DNA of 35,685 bases, from the NCBI GenBank assembly GCA_001784175.1, contig MFPR01000037.1, positions 87,959-123,643 of the forward strand. Direction: 5' to 3'. Shown piece after piece: positions 27,678 through 35,685 of this stretch. This DNA is from Candidatus Lindowbacteria bacterium RIFCSPLOWO2_12_FULL_62_27 (GTDB lineage: Bacteria; Lindowbacteria; 2-12-FULL-62-27). The notes under the pieces were generated by a model. It worked only from the letters and a program-made list of their open reading frames with translations. It had not been told where the DNA came from and did no database searches. The translations under genes and the position numbers were made by a program. Each line of letters opens with the position of its first letter. Positions within the stretch are counted from its first letter, which is position 1.

Positions 27678-28652
27678 TCAAACCGCCTCGAGGATTTCCT
27701 TCGGCGACGCCACCGCCGTGCCGATTTTCCCGACCACGATGCCGGCCGCGAGGTTCGCGATCTCGAGCCCTGTTCGGAGATCCAGCCCGGCGGCCAGCGC
27801 GAGACCGCAGACGGCGGTGACCGTGTCGCCGGCGCCGGTCACGTCGAACACCTCGCGCGCGCGCGTCTGAATGTGCGTCACGCGGTTGTTCGGCTCAAAA
27901 AGACTCATGCCCTGCTCGCCGCGGGTGATGAGAAGCGCGTGGAGGTTGAGTTTCTTTCGGATGGTTTTTCCGGCCGACTCGATCTCGGCCTGGGTCCGGA
28001 GTTTCCGGCCCAGCGATTCGCCGGCCTCCTTGGTGTTGGGCGTGAGGAGCGTGACCTTCTGATAGGACCAGAAATTCTGGAGCTTGGGATCGGCGACGAC
28101 CGGCAGGTTCAGCCGGCCTGCGTGGCGGATCAATCTATTGAGAACAGGCTGGCAAATGGCGCCCTTGCCGTAATCCGAAATCACGATCGCGTCGGTGCTC
28201 TTCATCGCCTCCACCAGGCTCCGGCACATCGACTCGATCGTTTCCGCTTCCGGCCGGCCCCGCACTTCGCGGTCAATCCGCACCATCTGCTGGCTGCCGG
28301 CGATGACCCGCGTCTTGCGGATCGTCGGCCGATCGAGGGACATGGAGGCGCGAAGAACAATTCCGATCGACTCGCACTGCTTTCGGACTTGATCCGCAAA
28401 GCCATCCTCTCCGAGAACTCCGATCGCGGTGGGCCGGCCGGCCAGCGCGGCGATGTTGGCCGCCACGTTCAGCGCGCCGCCCAGCCGGTACGACTCCTCG
28501 CGAACTTCAACCACGGGCACCGGCGCTTCCGGCGATATGCGCTCCACGCCGCCCCACACGTAATGGTCGAGAATGAAATCGCCGACCACCAGCACGCGGC
28601 GGTTCTGAAACCGGGCCAGAATTTTTGAAACTGCAGTGCGTGTCAATTTCAT
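27678..28652 (-). CDS. rfaE1: D-glycero-beta-D-manno-heptose-7-phosphate kinase (HldA)
   Basis: VVGD.ILD.Y.WG...RISPEAPVPVV, GGA.NVA.N, SDYGKG, TPN..EA, TRGEQGM, DVTGAGDTV. Confidence 0.93.
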   Translation of the reverse strand: MKLTRTAVSKILARFQNRRVLVVGDFILDHYVWGGVERISPEAPVPVVEVREESYRLGGALNVAANIAALAGRPTAIGVLGEDGFADQVRKQCESIGIVLRASMSLDRPTIRKTRVIAGSQQMVRIDREVRGRPEAETIESMCRSLVEAMKSTDAIVISDYGKGAICQPVLNRLIRHAGRLNLPVVADPKLQNFWSYQKVTLLTPNTKEAGESLGRKLRTQAEIESAGKTIRKKLNLHALLITRGEQGMSLFEPNNRVTHIQTRAREVFDVTGAGDTVTAVCGLALAAGLDLRTGLEIANLAAGIVVGKIGTAVASPKEILEAV

Positions 28653-28678
28653 TCGGGGGACTGTAGCACGAAGGTCAA

Positions 28679-28840
28679 GCGACTGTCCATATTCCGCGGC
28701 GCAGAAAAAGGGTCGGGAGGCCCACGTTCAAATGTGTGGTGCGGGCAATCGCCCGCGAGAGGGTGGTGTGATCGTAAGGTGGCATAGCACCCACTCGAAC
28801 GTGAGCCTCCCGTGCTCGCAAGAGGTCGTATGGATGTCGT
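28679..28840 (-). ncRNA. Candidate structured RNA with rod-like, 6S-like architecture; strand uncertain
   Basis: Closing stem 28680-28691/28829-28839, central bubble, long inner stem 28714-28735/28792-28812; AT-rich -10-like motifs directly upstream on the minus strand. Confidence 0.45.
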
Positions 28841-29047
28841 AATATAATATAGAATAGCAAATAGCAGTCCCGCCGGAGATGGATTTTCATAACTTCGCTG
28901 TTGCTAACAAGTTAAAAAAATAGGCGGGAAAAGGCTTGCGAGTCGACTGTGTAAAATATGCTGCTGTTACCCACCGAATTGCCCAGTTCAGATTTCTTAC
29001 GCAGGTGAACTTGACCTGCATGATCAAAATAGATAAACATACCGCTT

Positions 29048-29584
29048 ATGAAGACGTATCTTCCTTCAGGAACAGTCTCTGATATGCGGAACTGGTATGT
29101 GGTGGACGCGGCCGGGCAGGTTCTGGGCCGGCTGGCCACGCGGCTTGCCACGATGCTGATGGGCAAGCACAAGGCGACGTATGTTCCGAACGTGGACATC
29201 GGCGATTACGTGATCGTCGTGAATGCGTCGAAGATTCGCGTGACAGGCCGGAAGGTCCGGCAGAAGATATATTTTCGGCACAGCGGATATCCGGGCGGGC
29301 TCAAAGAGCGGACGTTCGAAGAGCAGATGGCCCGGGACAGCAGGCAGGTGATCCGGCTCGCCGTGAAAAATATGCTTCCCAAAAACGCGCTGGGCCGGAA
29401 ACGGCTCGGCAAGCTCAAGGTCTACGCGCGCGAGGACCATCCTCATGAGGCGCAGTGTCCGAAGCCGCTCGAGATCGGCCGGGCCTGGCCGGTGATGCCG
29501 GCGCCAAGGATGTCGCCGTCCCCGCCGTCCGCGACGCCAAGGATGGCGGAGCCTCAGGCGGGGGCACAGGAGGAGAAGGCATGA
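29048..29584 (+). CDS. rplM: 50S ribosomal protein L13 with Pro/Ala-rich C-terminal tail
   Basis: WYVVDA.GQVLGRLA, GKHK, GDYVIVVNA, HSGYPGGLK, MLPKN.LGR, HPHEAQ. Confidence 0.97.
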   Translation: MKTYLPSGTVSDMRNWYVVDAAGQVLGRLATRLATMLMGKHKATYVPNVDIGDYVIVVNASKIRVTGRKVRQKIYFRHSGYPGGLKERTFEEQMARDSRQVIRLAVKNMLPKNALGRKRLGKLKVYAREDHPHEAQCPKPLEIGRAWPVMPAPRMSPSPPSATPRMAEPQAGAQEEKA

Positions 29585-30153
29585 TGGCGGAAGAGCAGGA
29601 GCCGACGGCGGCGAACGCGCAGACCGGCGTGCCGGCCGGTCCGGCTGCCGCAGAAGTTGTGGCGCCCGCGTCTCCGGCCGCGCCTGCCGACGTGCCTGTC
29701 GACGCGCCTGCCGCCGAGCCGGCTGCGCTGTCCGCGCCGGTCGCGACGTTGCCTCCGCCCGCATCCGGAATTTTTCTGGGGACGGGCCGGCGAAAGACGT
29801 CGATTGCCCGCGTGCGGTTGATCCGGCCGGGCACTGGAAAAATCATGGTGAACGGCAAGCGCCTGGATGAGAGATTCCCGAGGCTCCTGTTGCTTGAGCA
29901 TATCCGGGAGCCCCTCAAAGTGACCCGGCTTGAGAATGCCGTGGATATCGACATCAGTGTCCAGGGCGGCGGTGTCAGCGGTCAGGCCGGAGCGCTCCGG
30001 CACGGGATCGCGCGGGCCCTCCTGGCATTTTCCCCCGACCTTCGGAAGTCCCTTCGCCGGGCAGGATGTCTCACCCGTGATCCGAGAGCTAAAGAGCGAC
30101 GCAAGTGTGGGCTCAAAAAAGCACGCAAAGCTGAGCAGTATTCCAAGCGATAA
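29581..30153 (+). CDS. rpsI: 30S ribosomal protein S9 with Pro/Ala-rich N-terminal extension
   Basis: GTGRRKTSIARV, GGGVSGQAGA.RHGIARAL, LTRDPR.KER, QYSKR; SD AGGAGG and ATGA overlap with rplM. Confidence 0.96.
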   Translation: MMAEEQEPTAANAQTGVPAGPAAAEVVAPASPAAPADVPVDAPAAEPAALSAPVATLPPPASGIFLGTGRRKTSIARVRLIRPGTGKIMVNGKRLDERFPRLLLLEHIREPLKVTRLENAVDIDISVQGGGVSGQAGALRHGIARALLAFSPDLRKSLRRAGCLTRDPRAKERRKCGLKKARKAEQYSKR

Positions 30154-31180
30154 GCGAATTGCCGTCGGTGTGGTCGGCGCAACCGGCTATACCGGGCAGG
30201 GGTTACTCCGAATTCTCGGCCGGCATCCGCGGGTCCGGCTGGCGGTGGCGACGTCCGTCCGGGAGGCGGGCCGGCCCGTCGCGGAGGTACTGCCGGAATT
30301 TGACGGGCTTTACGATCTGCGGCTGTGTTCGCTCGATGAGGCAAAACGGCGGCCCGTGGACGTACTGTTTCTGGCGGTGGGGCATGGCGAGGCGATCTCA
30401 TTTTTGTCCGACTACCCGTATCTCTCGAAAACACGCGTGATCGACCTTTCGGCGGATTTCCGGTTTCGAGATCCGGCGGTCTATCAGTCGGTATACGGCA
30501 AGGCCGTGCCGGCCGGCCTCAATCGGAAATTCGTCTACGGGCTGACCGAGGTATTCCGAAAACAGATCCGGCGAGCCCGGTTTGTCTCCAATCCCGGCTG
30601 CTACGTAACCAGCGTGCTCCTGCCGCTCTATCCGCTTCTGGCCCGCCGTCTTCTCCGGCCGGACGGCGCGATCGTCGTCACGTCGGCCAGCGGGGTGAGC
30701 GGCGCCGGAGCGACGCCCAAGAGCGAAACGCATTTCTGCGAAGTCGCCGGGGATTATTCTCCGTACAAGCCGCTTCGCGAGCACCGGCACCTGCATGAAA
30801 TCGAGGCGTATCTGTCGCGGTTCGGCGCAAAGCTTGTGTTCACGCCGCACCTTTTGCCGATCAAGCACGGCATCCTGTCGGACATCGCCGTCCGGGTGAA
30901 GGATGCGCCGAAATTGCTGGAAGAGAAAATAATGAGCGCATGGCGGAACGCCTATCGCGGGTGCGCGTTCGTCAAACCCGTTGCGCATCTCGTCCGGGTC
31001 GCGGAAACCGCCGGGACCAACCTCGCGAAATTTGCGGTGCGGGTCGATCCGGAGACGCGGACCGTTCTGATTTTTTCGGCGCTCGACAATCTCCTCAAGG
31101 GCGCGTCGGGCCAGGCCGTTCAGAACCTCAACGTCATGATGGGCTGGCCGGAAGAAACCGGGCTGCTCGGCAGAATCTGA
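30107..31180 (+). CDS. argC: N-acetyl-gamma-glutamyl-phosphate reductase; start uncertain
   Basis: GATGYTG, IDLSADFR, YGL.E, NPGCY, SGVSGAG, HRH..EI, FTPHL.P, DNLLKGASGQAVQN.N. Confidence 0.93.
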   Translation: MGSKKHAKLSSIPSDKRIAVGVVGATGYTGQGLLRILGRHPRVRLAVATSVREAGRPVAEVLPEFDGLYDLRLCSLDEAKRRPVDVLFLAVGHGEAISFLSDYPYLSKTRVIDLSADFRFRDPAVYQSVYGKAVPAGLNRKFVYGLTEVFRKQIRRARFVSNPGCYVTSVLLPLYPLLARRLLRPDGAIVVTSASGVSGAGATPKSETHFCEVAGDYSPYKPLREHRHLHEIEAYLSRFGAKLVFTPHLLPIKHGILSDIAVRVKDAPKLLEEKIMSAWRNAYRGCAFVKPVAHLVRVAETAGTNLAKFAVRVDPETRTVLIFSALDNLLKGASGQAVQNLNVMMGWPEETGLLGRI

Positions 31181-31182
31181 CC

Positions 31183-32406
31183 ATGCCGGAAAAAACCATC
31201 GAGGTTCTGCTGTCGCCGAAATTCGGCGATGTGCGGGGCTTCGCCTCCATCGGGATGGCGGTGGGTCTCAAGCGGTCCGGCAAGCCGGACTTGGGAATCA
31301 TTTTTTCCGAACGGGCCTGCTCGGCCGCCGGCGTGTTCACGACCAGCCGCATGGCGGCGGCGCCGGTGGACCACGACCGGGCGGTGCTCAAAAAAAATTC
31401 TTCCGGAATCCGCGCCGTGGTCGTCAACAGCGGCCACGCCAACGCTGCCACCGGCGCCGCCGGCCGGGCGCTGGCGCGGCTCATGTCCGAAACCGCGGAA
31501 CGGAGCCTGCAGGTTCCTCCGAGGTCCGTCCTCGTTTGTTCGACGGGGATCATCGGCGAGCTTCCGAACATCGTTATTCTCCGGCGGGGCATTGAACTGG
31601 CGGCCCGGCGGCTGACGGCGGCCGACCGCGATTTTCAGAAGGCGATCCTGACGACCGACAAGGTCGAAAAAGTGGCCGGCGTGAAAGTGCGGCTGGCGGC
31701 CGGCCGATCGGCGTCGATCGTGGGCGTGGCGAAGGGCAGCGGGATGATCGCGCCGAACATGGCCACGATGCTGGCCTTCATCGTCACCGACGCGGCCGTC
31801 CCGCCCGCCGCCCTCCGCGGCATGCTGCGGGCCGCCGCGGCCGGCACGTTCAACGCCGTGACCGTCGACGGCGACACGTCCACCAACGACACGGTCCTCG
31901 CGCTGGCCAACGGCATGAGCGGGGTTGGAATCTCCGCGCGGGCCCGCCCGATTTTTTTCGAAGGCCTTCGACAGGTCTGCGAGCGCCTCGCGTGGAAACT
32001 GGCGGAGGACGGCGAGGGCGCGACCAAGGTGGTTGAAGTGCTCGTGCGCGGCGCGCGAACCGCGCGGTCGGCCGCGCGCGCGGCGAAGACGGTGGCGGAG
32101 TCGCTCCTGGTCAAGACCGCCATGCACGGCGAGGACCCGAACGTCGGCCGGGTCCTGGCGGCCCTGGGCCGAAGCGGTCTAAAGGAGGTTCAAGCCGACC
32201 GCATCGACGTTTCGTTCAACGGTCTTCGCGCCGTGTCCCGCGGCGTGCTGGACCGGACGCATCCGGCGCCGGCGCTCAAGAACGCGCTGCGGCCCAAACA
32301 GGTCCGGATCGAAATCGATCTTCACGCCGGTCCGGGCGCCGGCCGGTCCGTCACGTGCGATTTGTCGGCCGAGTACGTCCGCATCAATGCGGAGTATCAT
32401 ACGTGA
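31183..32406 (+). CDS. argJ: Ornithine acetyltransferase ArgJ
   Basis: NSG.ANAATG, STGIIG, KGSGMIAPNMATML, VDGDTSTND, DGEGATK, CDLS.EYV.INAEY. Confidence 0.96.
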   Translation: MPEKTIEVLLSPKFGDVRGFASIGMAVGLKRSGKPDLGIIFSERACSAAGVFTTSRMAAAPVDHDRAVLKKNSSGIRAVVVNSGHANAATGAAGRALARLMSETAERSLQVPPRSVLVCSTGIIGELPNIVILRRGIELAARRLTAADRDFQKAILTTDKVEKVAGVKVRLAAGRSASIVGVAKGSGMIAPNMATMLAFIVTDAAVPPAALRGMLRAAAAGTFNAVTVDGDTSTNDTVLALANGMSGVGISARARPIFFEGLRQVCERLAWKLAEDGEGATKVVEVLVRGARTARSAARAAKTVAESLLVKTAMHGEDPNVGRVLAALGRSGLKEVQADRIDVSFNGLRAVSRGVLDRTHPAPALKNALRPKQVRIEIDLHAGPGAGRSVTCDLSAEYVRINAEYHT

Positions 32407-32412
32407 TGACGC

Positions 32413-33216
32413 ATGGCCCGCCTCCTCGTCCTCATCCTGACGTTTTTTGTCGGATTCATTCCCCGCATCCGTAAGATCGCGCATACCAACCTCCGAATCG
32501 CCTTTGGCCCCGCCGGCCGGCGGATCTACGCGCGGTCCCTCCTCCGGCTGGCCGACAACGTCTGCGCGCTTCTCAGCGCCTGCCGGAAAAATCCAGCGCG
32601 GCAGCCCCCGATCCGATTTGACGCGCAGGCGCTCGCGAATGTGCCGGCCCCGCCGCCGTGGATTTGCGTCACCGGCCATCTGGGACCGATCGACCTGCTT
32701 TCAAAATTTTCCCGGGTCTTCAACAGTCCCATGGCCGTCGTGGTTCGCCCGCCGGACAACTGGATTTTCCGGAAGATCCTGTCGTGGGCTCGCCGGAGGA
32801 TCGGCGTCGAGACCATCGAAAAGCGGGATGTGATCCGGGCGGCGTATCGCGCCGTGAAAGAGGGGAAAACGGTTGCGATCATCGCGGACCACAATGCCGG
32901 CTACCAGGGCGTGTTCCTGCCGTTCCTCGGGTTCCCCGCGTCGACCACGCGCCTGCCGGCGGTCCTCGCGCTGCGGTTCAACAAACCCATGGTCATGGGA
33001 TTCATTCGCAGGGACGGCGCGGAGTTTCTGGCTTGGATCGAAAAGGTCATCGTGCCGGACCCGGACGCGGACCCGAAGGAGGAGGAGCGGCGGCTCCTGA
33101 GCGAAATGAACGCCGTCTTCACCGACGTCATCCGCCGGTATCCCGACGAATGGTTCTGGTTTCACCGCCGCTGGAAGACGCGCCCGGGCGACCGCGAGGC
33201 CAGCATCCTCAGATGA
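32413..33216 (+). CDS. Lipid A late acyltransferase (LpxL/HtrB family)
   Basis: GHLGPID (HX4D), ADH, PFLG.PA.T, IRRYPDEWFWFHRRWK. Confidence 0.85.
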   Translation: MARLLVLILTFFVGFIPRIRKIAHTNLRIAFGPAGRRIYARSLLRLADNVCALLSACRKNPARQPPIRFDAQALANVPAPPPWICVTGHLGPIDLLSKFSRVFNSPMAVVVRPPDNWIFRKILSWARRRIGVETIEKRDVIRAAYRAVKEGKTVAIIADHNAGYQGVFLPFLGFPASTTRLPAVLALRFNKPMVMGFIRRDGAEFLAWIEKVIVPDPDADPKEEERRLLSEMNAVFTDVIRRYPDEWFWFHRRWKTRPGDREASILR

Positions 33217-33938
33217 CCGCGGCCGGCCTCTCGGTGTTCGTGCTCGCCAAAAATGCCGAGCGGGACCTCGCGGACTGTCTGGCCACCGTGCGGGAAATCG
33301 CGGACGATACGGTGATCGTGGTCGACGCCGCCACCCGCGACGCCACCGCCGACGTTGCGCGATCGATGACGCCCAAGGTCTTTGTCCGTCCCTTCGACGG
33401 ATTTTCGGCCATGAAAAGTTTTGCGCTGTCGCAATGCGCCGCCGAATGGGCCCTGAACCTTGACACCGACGAGCGGCCGACGCCGGATTTGACGGCGGAA
33501 ATTCGGCGGGTCAAGGAGGGCGGGGGCCGGTCGGTGAACGGCTACTGGGTCAACCGGCTGCCCTTTTTTTTGGGCAAGCCCATCCGGCATGGCGGCTGGT
33601 TTCCGGACTGGGTGATCCGTCTGGTCCGGCGCGAATTCGCCGCGTATCCTCACCGGTCGGTCCACGAGCGGTTGGAAGTCTCTGGCCGGACGGAGCGGCT
33701 CGGCGGATTTCTGAATCATTATACGGCCGCCACATGGCGCGGGTTTCTCGACAAACAGCGCCGGTTCGCCGGACTTGCGCCGGTGGTGCCGTCGGCCCTG
33801 GCCCGCTGGACGCGCCCACCCGCCGCGTTCCTGAAGAGTCTCGTGTTTCGGATGGGCCTTCTGGACGGCTGGCGCGGGTGGGCGGTCGCGTATGCGCAGG
33901 CGTATCATGTCTATTACAAGTACGGTCCGCGCGGATGA
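33213..33938 (+). CDS. GT2 glycosyltransferase (WaaE/KdtX-like)
   Basis: LSV..LAKN.E..L..CL, D.T, LDTDE, I.HGGWFPD...RL, VHE, G.LDG..G; ATGA overlap at 33213. Confidence 0.88.
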   Translation: MTAAGLSVFVLAKNAERDLADCLATVREIADDTVIVVDAATRDATADVARSMTPKVFVRPFDGFSAMKSFALSQCAAEWALNLDTDERPTPDLTAEIRRVKEGGGRSVNGYWVNRLPFFLGKPIRHGGWFPDWVIRLVRREFAAYPHRSVHERLEVSGRTERLGGFLNHYTAATWRGFLDKQRRFAGLAPVVPSALARWTRPPAAFLKSLVFRMGLLDGWRGWAVAYAQAYHVYYKYGPRG

Positions 33939-33964
33939 ATATAATTTTTAATTTTGTCTGAAGT

Positions 33965-33993
33965 TTGCCGAAGGGTTATTTGGAGTGTATAAT
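33965..33993 (+). promoter_or_regulatory. sigma70-type promoter of the beta-lactamase-like gene
   Basis: TTGCCG-N17-TATAAT with an AT-rich upstream tract; ATG 11 nt after the -10. Confidence 0.7.
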
Positions 33994-34004
33994 TTAAAAT
34001 ATTC

Positions 34005-35087
34005 ATGACAGGCATGGATCGGATTTTGAAACTTCTTAAAATTGCTTCGCTGACCGGCGTGGCGCTGGCGTTGGGATTGATCGTCGGAAAAGGCATCTCC
34101 GCCTACACGGGCGCCTCCGCCACTGTTTCGGCCACGGCCGAACCGGCCGATACGTCCGCCCTGCCGTCGTCCGTCATGGCGGCGCCGGAGTCCCCTGCGC
34201 CGGACACCGCAGCCGCAACGTCGCGCCCGACCATTTCGAGCAAGGATTTCGACCGCATGAGCCAGGACATGCGCCGGGCCGTGCGGACATTTCAGGGCGG
34301 GGTTTCCATCTACGTGAAGAACCTGGAAACCGGCAAGGAATGGGCGTACAACGCGGACGAAAAAATGCCGAGCGCCAGCCTCATCAAACTGCCGATCATG
34401 ATCGGCGTGGTTGAGAAAATCGGCAAGGGAGAACTCAGTTTGGACCACCCGATGGTACTCACCCGGGAAGCCCGCCGGTCCGGTTCGGGCCACATCAAGT
34501 GGCGGCCGAACGGCGAAGTCTTCACGATCGGACAACTTCTCGAAGAGATGATGGCCTACAGCGACAACATCGCGCAGGAGTTGCTCATCCGGGCTGTCGG
34601 GATGAAATATCTCAGGGAGCGTTTTGCCGCGTTCGGCCTGACCGCCACCAACATCACCCGCGAGGGATTGTCGCTGGCCCCGAGGACCCGGATAGAAAAT
34701 TACACAACCGCCCGAGAAATGGGAATGCTCCTGGAACAGATATATCGCGGCCAAAAATTCGGCGGGGACTCCAGCGCGCGGATGATTGAGCTCATGAAGC
34801 ATGCCAAGTACAACGACCGCCTGCCGAGGCAATTGCCGGCGGGCTGGACGATCGCCCACAAGACGGGCCTCCTGCGGCGCGCCTGCCATGATTGCGGCAT
34901 CGTCTATTCCCCCGCGGGCGACTACATCATCTGCGTTCTGACAAGGTCCGGCCGCAGTTACCGGGACGCCAAGCGGTTCATCTCCAAAGTCGCCGCGATC
35001 AGCTACCGGTATTTCGAAACGCCCACCGGCGCCGTCGCCTCCACCTCGGGCTTGCCGTCCCGCGCCGTCTTCAAACCCGCCTCCTGA
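34005..35087 (+). CDS. Class A beta-lactamase-like serine hydrolase / PBP-like protein, membrane-anchored
   Basis: SASLIK (SxxK), SDN and HKTG motifs; N-terminal hydrophobic helix and A/S/P/T linker. Confidence 0.85.
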   Translation: MTGMDRILKLLKIASLTGVALALGLIVGKGISAYTGASATVSATAEPADTSALPSSVMAAPESPAPDTAAATSRPTISSKDFDRMSQDMRRAVRTFQGGVSIYVKNLETGKEWAYNADEKMPSASLIKLPIMIGVVEKIGKGELSLDHPMVLTREARRSGSGHIKWRPNGEVFTIGQLLEEMMAYSDNIAQELLIRAVGMKYLRERFAAFGLTATNITREGLSLAPRTRIENYTTAREMGMLLEQIYRGQKFGGDSSARMIELMKHAKYNDRLPRQLPAGWTIAHKTGLLRRACHDCGIVYSPAGDYIICVLTRSGRSYRDAKRFISKVAAISYRYFETPTGAVASTSGLPSRAVFKPAS

Positions 35088-35147
35088 CCCGCCCGCCCGT
35101 TTGACGGGCGTGTGGTTTCTTAGTATATCCGATACGTTCTTCTTTTC

Positions 35148-35221
35148 GGGCGCATAGCTCAGCTGGTTAGAGCGCCTGCTTCACACGCAGGAGGTCCGAG
35201 GTTCGAGTCCTCGTGCGCCCA
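35148..35221 (+). tRNA. tRNA-Val(CAC)
   Basis: GGGCGCA/TGCGCCC acceptor, CCTGC-TTCACAC-GCAGG anticodon arm, GGTTCGAGTCC; upstream TTGACG-N17-TATATC. Confidence 0.95.
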
Positions 35222-35685
35222 TTGATTCATACCAACTTACGTTTTCCGCTGTTTGCCGCTTTTCGCCGTTTTTGGCCGTTTTTTGAACATCCGGCTTAGG
35301 CCACGCTTAGGCAAGATTCCCCCAACGGCAATGAATAAAGGCTGGATAACCGGTTGACGGATACCTGGCTGTCAGCTTTCAATTCGTCACCCATTAGTGA
35401 CATGTTGGTCGGAACGCCGATTCTCCACCCGTCGGGTGGGGAATCCGCCGAATTGGCGAGGGCAGGAAAAAGATCATTCCGTGGGTAACCTGACGTCGGC
35501 TGGGAATTCCTACCAATCTATGGGGTTTTCTATCCAGCCTCCATGTTTGTTTGACACATGCTTGTCGTGCGTGAACAGAGTGGATCAACTTTTATGGGTC
35601 TTCCGGTTTTCCTGTGGGTAAAAGAGAGGCATTTTATCGGGAGACGCGCCCCCTCTCCCGAACCCTCTACCCCACATTCCCCCTT
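35222..35685. mobile_element. Possible edge of an element integrated at tRNA-Val
   Basis: GC drop right after the tRNA, no credible ORF, GCTTAGGC direct repeats, several hairpins; no integrase in the window. Confidence 0.35.

Noticed and set aside
28700-28815. SRP RNA or a simple terminator for the long hairpin
   Set aside because: The SRP CAGG..GGAA..AGCAG motif is absent; the stem encloses about 55 nt and the T-run is offset from it
35394-35621. Short ORFs after tRNA-Val
   Set aside because: No recognisable motifs or typical codon bias; weak start codons

Overview
GC-rich chromosomal segment of a diderm, LPS-producing bacterium; the lineage cannot be determined from this window. Left: the end of a peroxiredoxin gene, a GT-C type glycosyltransferase divergent from dinB, then an amidohydrolase, an FKBP lipoprotein and an LLM oxidoreductase, opposite cinA and ettA. 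Next comes a minus-strand run in which tRNA-Thr(GGT), tRNA-Cys(GCA) and tRNA-Leu(TAA) alternate with CBS, cold-shock and DUF1573-ComEA genes. The centre (15156-26280, minus) is an 11-kb six-gene operon in which all five junctions can be read as 4-nt NTGA stop/start overlaps. It encodes a membrane cytochrome-b-like/multiheme cytochrome c fusion, three FG-GAP/CRTAC1-ASPIC/UnbV proteins, a TPR protein and a putative beta-barrel, and is the best candidate for an uncharacterised envelope redox system. Right: a split heptose synthase (stand-alone kinase plus an unusual HldC-KdsB fusion), a candidate ~160-nt structured RNA, rplM-rpsI-argC-argJ, lipid A acyltransferase and GT2 genes, a class A beta-lactamase-like protein, tRNA-Val(CAC) and a probable mobile-element edge. 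Most first-in-unit genes look leaderless. No CRISPR array, rRNA, transposase or integrase was seen. All family calls come from motif recognition by eye, not database searches.
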